From an uncultured delta proteobacterium (GTDB taxonomy: Bacteria; Myxococcota_A; Polyangia; Fen-1088), in assembly GCA_963737265.1 (NCBI GenBank), contig CAVTRY010000022.1:32001-96000 (forward strand): a stretch of 64,000 nt of DNA, in the 5' to 3' direction. The translations under genes were made by a program, and so were the position numbers. The notes beneath the pieces were generated by a model. That model saw only the letters and a program-made list of their open reading frames with translations, searched no databases and was not told the origin of the DNA. Shown here piece by piece: positions 59,588-64,000 of this stretch; position 1 is the first letter of the stretch, and the number at the start of each line of letters is the position of its first letter.

Positions 59588-60502
59588 CTACTCTGCCACG
59601 CCCTCGTCCGGGGACGTAACCGCCGGGTCTTTGCTCGGAACCTTCACCGTGACCTTTCCCGGCTCGATCTCTTCCAGGCTGTACGCGCCGTCTGCCGGCC
59701 ACCCCACGGATTGCTGGGTCCCGCTGCTCAGGATCATATCGACGGAACCGGGCCAGGGCACGTCCTCGTCGTCGACAATCTCGACGGCGATCCAGGTGAG
59801 CGCGGCTTTGCGCAACTGCGATGGCGTCAGGGCCGGCCCCGTGTCCTTCTCCGGCGCGCGCTCAACCGGCACGCGGCGAAGAAGGATGAGTCCGTCGGGC
59901 TCGGTGAGCGCGTGCCAGTCGCGCGAGAGCTGGTCGCGCGCCTTGACGACAAGCTCGGCCAATTCCGTCGACGTGCCAGGTTGCTTGGCCAGCGCGTCCA
60001 GGATCTGCTTGGCCTCGTCCTGGCGGACCACGTGGTAGTAGTTGCGCTCGGGAAATTTCTCGAAGTCGATGTCGCGGATCAGGCGATAGCGCCGGCCGGA
60101 CTCGGTCAGTTTCCCGCCCGTCTTAGCTTCGATCTCGCGAATCAGACGTCGCTTCGCCACCGCGGGATCGACGGGCCGCGCCGCCAGCACGGCCGGGTCG
60201 ACCTTCAGGATGGCGGCCAAATCGCCGCGCCTTATGCCTTCCTTGATCAGCTGGTTCACCTCGTACTCGTCCAGGGACGACAGCGGGAAGCGCGACAGCC
60301 GGGCGTCGTCGACGAAGCGCCGTATTGCCCATCGGTTCCTCGGCCACAGGCGGCCATACTCCCACAGCGCGTGGAGGGGACTGAGAGCCTCGTACTCACC
60401 CTCGCGACACAGCCGACTGGCATCGAGCCTGCCGACCAAGATGGCCTTGTTCTCAAGCTGCCAAAACGGCGCAATGGTAAGCGAGGGTCCAATCAAATAC
60501 AC
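59588..60502 (-). CDS. Hypothetical protein (C-terminal Ig-like segment)
   Basis: 304-aa ORF with plausible composition; TWIAVEIVDDEDVPW...LEEIEPG motif. Confidence 0.6.
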   Translation of the reverse strand: MYLIGPSLTIAPFWQLENKAILVGRLDASRLCREGEYEALSPLHALWEYGRLWPRNRWAIRRFVDDARLSRFPLSSLDEYEVNQLIKEGIRRGDLAAILKVDPAVLAARPVDPAVAKRRLIREIEAKTGGKLTESGRRYRLIRDIDFEKFPERNYYHVVRQDEAKQILDALAKQPGTSTELAELVVKARDQLSRDWHALTEPDGLILLRRVPVERAPEKDTGPALTPSQLRKAALTWIAVEIVDDEDVPWPGSVDMILSSGTQQSVGWPADGAYSLEEIEPGKVTVKVPSKDPAVTSPDEGVAE

Positions 60503-60648
60503 GGCGCTATTTTAGGGCTCGTCCGAAAATAGTCGATACGATTTCGCCGCCGATCCATCCCGACCGGTGCGCGTGCCTTGCCGGTTTCGGCGGGAACCCG
60601 ATGAGGTAGACTGCGCCTCGTGGTCCAAATTGCCCTTTTGCCACGCGA

Positions 60649-61007
60649 CGGAGGCGGTGCCAGCGTTTTCTTGGAAGGCGGAAAGACAGGCGGAGGCGCG
60701 GAGGCAGGCGCGGAGGCGGTGCCAGCGTTTTCTTGGAAGGCGGCGCCGCGGAGGCGCGGAGGCGGTGCCAGCGTTTTCTTGGAAGGCGGAAAGACAGGCG
60801 CGGAGGCGGTGCCAGCGTTTTCTTGGAAGGCGGAAAGACAGGCGCGGAGGCGGTGCCAGCGTTTTCTTGGAAGGCGGAAAGACAGGCGGAGGCGCGGAGG
60901 CGCCGGCGCGCGGAGGCGGAGGCGGTGCCAGCGTTTTCTTGGAAGGCGGAAAGACAGGCGCGGAGGCGCGGAGGCGGTGCCAGCGTTTTCTTGGAAGGCG
61001 GAAAGAC
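60649..61007 (+). repeat. Irregular tandem array, 7 copies of GGCGGTGCCAGCGTTTTCTTGGAAGGCGG plus GCGGAGG sub-repeats
   Basis: Cores at about 60653, 60715, 60761, 60805, 60849, 60921 and 60973; no unique spacers. Confidence 0.9.
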
Positions 61008-61219
61008 GGCGTCGGCGATCCCTGAAAGCGAGCAGATGGCGGAGGGCGGGGACGACCAGAACATTGGTTTCGTCGTGAAACCTGTCGCCGTAGGCCAGGC
61101 TGGGGCCACGATCAGGAAAGTGGAGTTGCAGATTTGCCGTCGGTGACGAACGTCAGGCAGATCGTTCCCCTAACCACGTGCCGGGCGGGCTCGTCAGCGC
61201 TGTGGTGCTGGGGCCCGGG

Positions 61220-62143
61220 TCAGGCTGTTTCGTTGAAGGGCAGCTGCGGTGGGAATGCCCACAGCGGGAACATGTCCCTGATCTCCCGTGCTCGCTCGCG
61301 CAGGCGCAGGGCACCGGCGCGGAAGGCGTCGACGAAGGCGCGGTAGGCGACGCGAAACTGTTGTTCGGTAGAATCGTCGGTGGCGTGGACGAAAGGCGCC
61401 GGGCTGCGGTCGGTGGTGGCGGGCTTGCTGTGCGGATCCTGGGCGAGGATAGCTTCGACGGTCATGGGCGCGCGCCCCTTCTCTTTGTTGTCGGCCTCGG
61501 CCTTGGCCTGGATCTCGCCAACGACGCGGCGGTAGTGGGCCTGGCGCTGGTCTTCGGTCATGTCGAGAAGACCGGGCAAGGGCGTGAGCTTGACGTCGAA
61601 GGTGGTAGCGAACTGCGTGGGCAGGGTGTGCTCGCCGCACTGGCGGGCAAGGAACTCTTTGCTGCGGTCGAACCATGTGCCGCGGAGGATAGCGCCGGTG
61701 GTGAGGGCGGCGACGCAGTTGGGGCCTGGCCAAGAGGCAGAGCTCGCCAAGAGGCCCTCTTTCGCGCCGTGGGCTAAAATGTAACGCATGCGCGCGTGTG
61801 CCGCTTCCTCGTCGGCGACGACGATGGAGCGGTAGCGGCGCGACCACAGGCGCTCGCGCCAGAAGTGAAGGCGTCCGGCCTCCTTGGCGACGTTGGCATT
61901 CACGAACTGCATGAACAGTGCAAGTTGGCCAGGGCTGGCGGGTGACAGCAAGAAATGCGCGTGGGTGCTCAAGAACACGAAGGCATGGATGGTCATGCCG
62001 TAGAGCACCTGGGCCTTGCCGATGATGCCGAGGATGATGTCGGTGAGCTCGGGCGACGGCTTGAGCAGCAGCCTGCCTTGCAGGGTGCGGGTGGTGATTT
62101 CGACGAGGGACTGTTCGGGGATGAGGCGGAGAGGGCGTGGCAT
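61220..62143 (-). CDS. REP-associated tyrosine transposase (RAYT-like, HUH/Y1)
   Basis: MPRPLR N-terminus, ITTRT, AFVFLSTHAHFLL (HUH), RLWSRRYRS, catalytic-Tyr candidate RYILAH, WP. Confidence 0.85.
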   Translation of the reverse strand: MPRPLRLIPEQSLVEITTRTLQGRLLLKPSPELTDIILGIIGKAQVLYGMTIHAFVFLSTHAHFLLSPASPGQLALFMQFVNANVAKEAGRLHFWRERLWSRRYRSIVVADEEAAHARMRYILAHGAKEGLLASSASWPGPNCVAALTTGAILRGTWFDRSKEFLARQCGEHTLPTQFATTFDVKLTPLPGLLDMTEDQRQAHYRRVVGEIQAKAEADNKEKGRAPMTVEAILAQDPHSKPATTDRSPAPFVHATDDSTEQQFRVAYRAFVDAFRAGALRLRERAREIRDMFPLWAFPPQLPFNETA

Positions 62144-62165
62144 ACGGGACTATCGGCAAGGGCGG

Positions 62166-62531
62166 CAAGAAGTTGCTTGTGCTTCCCCAGAAAACTCTGG
62201 CACCTCCCCAGGCGGGCAGAAAACTCTGGCACCTCCCCAGGCGGGCAAGAAGTTGCTTGTGCTTCCCCAGAAAACTCTGGCACCTCCCCAGGGCACCTCC
62301 CCAGGCGGGCGGCTTCCAAGAAGTTGCTTGTGCTTCCCCAGAAAACTCTGGCACCTCCCCAGGGGCACCTCCCCAGGGCACCTCCCCAGGCGGGCGGCTT
62401 CCAAGAAGTTGCTTGTGCTTCCCCAGAAAACTCTGCCACCTCCCCAGGGGAGCACCTCCCCAGGGGAAAACTCTGGCACCTCCCCAGGGGCACCTCCCCA
62501 GGGCACCTCCCCAGGCACCTCCCCAGGCGGG
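62166..62531 (-). repeat. Irregular tandem array, 6 copies of GAAAACTCTG(G/C)CACCTCCCCAGG (plus strand) with longer and shorter nested variants
   Basis: Four units extend to CAAGAAGTTGCTTGTGCTTCCCCA; many short GCACCTCCCCAGG units. Reverse complement resembles the left-array core. Confidence 0.9.
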
Positions 62532-62539
62532 AGGTGTTA

Positions 62540-62675
62540 TTGGGCCTGTCCTGCTCGACGGGTGTGGCGGGCGAGGGCTGGGCGGGCGAGGGAACGACCT
62601 CGCTGCGCGAGGCAGCGTGTGGCGAGAGTACGCCAAAATATCTGGTGAAATGCCGCTTTGGAGAAGGCGACGGGC
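62540..62675 (-). pseudogene. C-terminal fragment of an IS91-like (Y2) transposase
   Basis: PSPKRHFTRYFGVLSPHAASRSEVVPSP matches the P.PR.HL.RYHGVLAP.A..R..VVP signature. Boundaries approximate. Confidence 0.6.
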
Positions 62676-62864
62676 GCGGCTTCTTGAGCCCCAGCTTCGC
62701 GTTTCCATCGTCGAGGATTCTGAGCCTGTCCTTGGCGAGTGGCGGGCGCAGGATGCTAGGGCCTACCCGCCCAACCCCTGCCCCACGCGCCTCGCGCGCG
62801 CCCGTCTCCACAGGGTCACTCGGCCTTGCTTGTCGTTGGCGGCAACCTTGGTAGCAGCCGTCCG

Positions 62865-64000
62865 TCAGACGTGGCCGGCGCGGCGGCGCAAGGTCCACTC
62901 GGCCGCGAGGAGCGCAATTGCCAGGAGAAGAAGCGCCGGGCTTGACCAGATTTCGATGGTGCGCAGGCTGCCCACGCGCACCTTGCGCGGCGGACGCACG
63001 CTGGGATTGCCGAGCGAGCCATCGCGAAACTCGCCGCCGCTCACTGCTGCGATCTCGCGCAGGACATCCGCGCGTGCGATGACGTCGTTGAGCTCGTGTC
63101 CTTCGGGCCGAATCACGAACGTGGTCCTCTCCTCTGCGGCGCGGCCGTCCATGGTGGCCCGCGCGACCATGCGGTAGGCACCAGGATCGAGACCGTCCAG
63201 GTCGAAATGGGCATCGCCCTCGCCGCCGGTGGTTACTTTCAGGGCGCGCGCGGCGGGAGCAGATTCCGCCGCCTCGGCCGGGCGCAGCTCCAGCCCAACA
63301 TCCACCGCGGCCGCCGGCGTGTAATCGGCGCGCAAGGTGCGCACGCGTCCCGACACGGCCTGGCCGCGCCGGTATTCGGCCTTGTCGAGATCGATGCGCA
63401 GCAAGGTCAGCGCGGGATCGCGCACCAGCCAGCGAATGGCGCTCTCCCAGAAACGCTGAAAGGTGCGGCCGTCGTCCCCCATTCCAGCCGCCTCGAAGCC
63501 CCAGTTCCAGGCCGTGTCGGTCAGCAGCGCCAGCGTGCGCCCCTTGCCAACGTCGGCCGTGGCCAGCACCGGGGCCGGCCTGCCGTCAGCGCTCTTTTGC
63601 GATGGATGCACGAGCAGGGCGTGCGCGCCCGGCCGCAGGCCGGCCACGCGGTTGATGCCCACCAGCGGCGGCAGGGCAGCCCAGCGCGCTTCGTTGGTTT
63701 TCTCGTCGAGACTGAGCGAGGTCACTGGGTGGGTGCGTCCCTCGGAGGTGAGCCGCGGCCGGAAGGTGTCGCTGGTGAACGCCGACGGTCCATCGCGAGG
63801 GATCCCGGAAAGATCCACGGGAAGCACTTCGTGCAGGGCGCTCTCGCCATAGAGGCCGCTGGCGAAGGAAAGGTCGCCGCCCACCATCGCCAGGGCGCCG
63901 CCTGCCTCGATGTAGGCCCGCACGCCCGGCAGGTAGGGCTCGACCCAATAGGGCTTGAAGTTGAAGTTGTCGAAGATGAGGAGATCGAACGACTTGAGTT
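62865..64000 (-). CDS. Glutamine amidotransferase-like membrane protein, partial (N-terminus beyond window)
   Basis: GGALAMVGGDLSF, VLPV, GKGRTLAL, FWESAIRWL, C-terminal TM ending AEWTLRRRAG. Confidence 0.8.
   Translation of the reverse strand, partial: LKSFDLLIFDNFNFKPYWVEPYLPGVRAYIEAGGALAMVGGDLSFASGLYGESALHEVLPVDLSGIPRDGPSAFTSDTFRPRLTSEGRTHPVTSLSLDEKTNEARWAALPPLVGINRVAGLRPGAHALLVHPSQKSADGRPAPVLATADVGKGRTLALLTDTAWNWGFEAAGMGDDGRTFQRFWESAIRWLVRDPALTLLRIDLDKAEYRRGQAVSGRVRTLRADYTPAAAVDVGLELRPAEAAESAPAARALKVTTGGEGDAHFDLDGLDPGAYRMVARATMDGRAAEERTTFVIRPEGHELNDVIARADVLREIAAVSGGEFRDGSLGNPSVRPPRKVRVGSLRTIEIWSSPALLLLAIALLAAEWTLRRRAGHV

Noticed and set aside
60649-62531. CRISPR arrays
   Set aside because: Units are separated by sub-repeats rather than unique spacers, lengths are irregular, and no cas genes are nearby.

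Overview
GC-rich bacterial DNA whose gene content (many Ser/Thr kinases, FHA-sigma54 activator, TPR/PEGA proteins, MYXO-CTERM-like tail) suggests a myxobacterium (Myxococcota; inference). 1-18.4 kb is a polysaccharide sensing/degradation locus: two free GH6 cellulases, a clan GH-A hydrolase, two CBM-like lipoproteins, an FHA-sigma54 activator, two ordinary receptor kinases, and a Ser/Thr kinase-TM-GH6 fusion. All three free hydrolase genes carry sigma54-type -24/-12 motifs. 18.4-43.2 kb is mostly housekeeping and envelope genes (panD, rpoZ, PBP1A, MTHFR, ECF sigma). 44-54.3 kb holds two GH3 paralogs, a porin-like protein and an ISKra4/ISLre2-like IS. 54.3-64 kb is accessory DNA: TA modules, decayed effector-like genes and a RAYT-type HUH transposase between two repeat arrays. 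Top findings: (1) a candidate cellulose-sensing receptor kinase to FHA-activator to sigma54 cellulase circuit; (2) a ~575-bp element in four copies, each with 23-bp terminal inverted repeats and its own 9-bp target duplication, carrying only a GxxExxY nuclease-fold gene and no transposase. No rRNA, tRNA or CRISPR array was recognised. All family assignments come from motif recognition by eye; no database searches were run.
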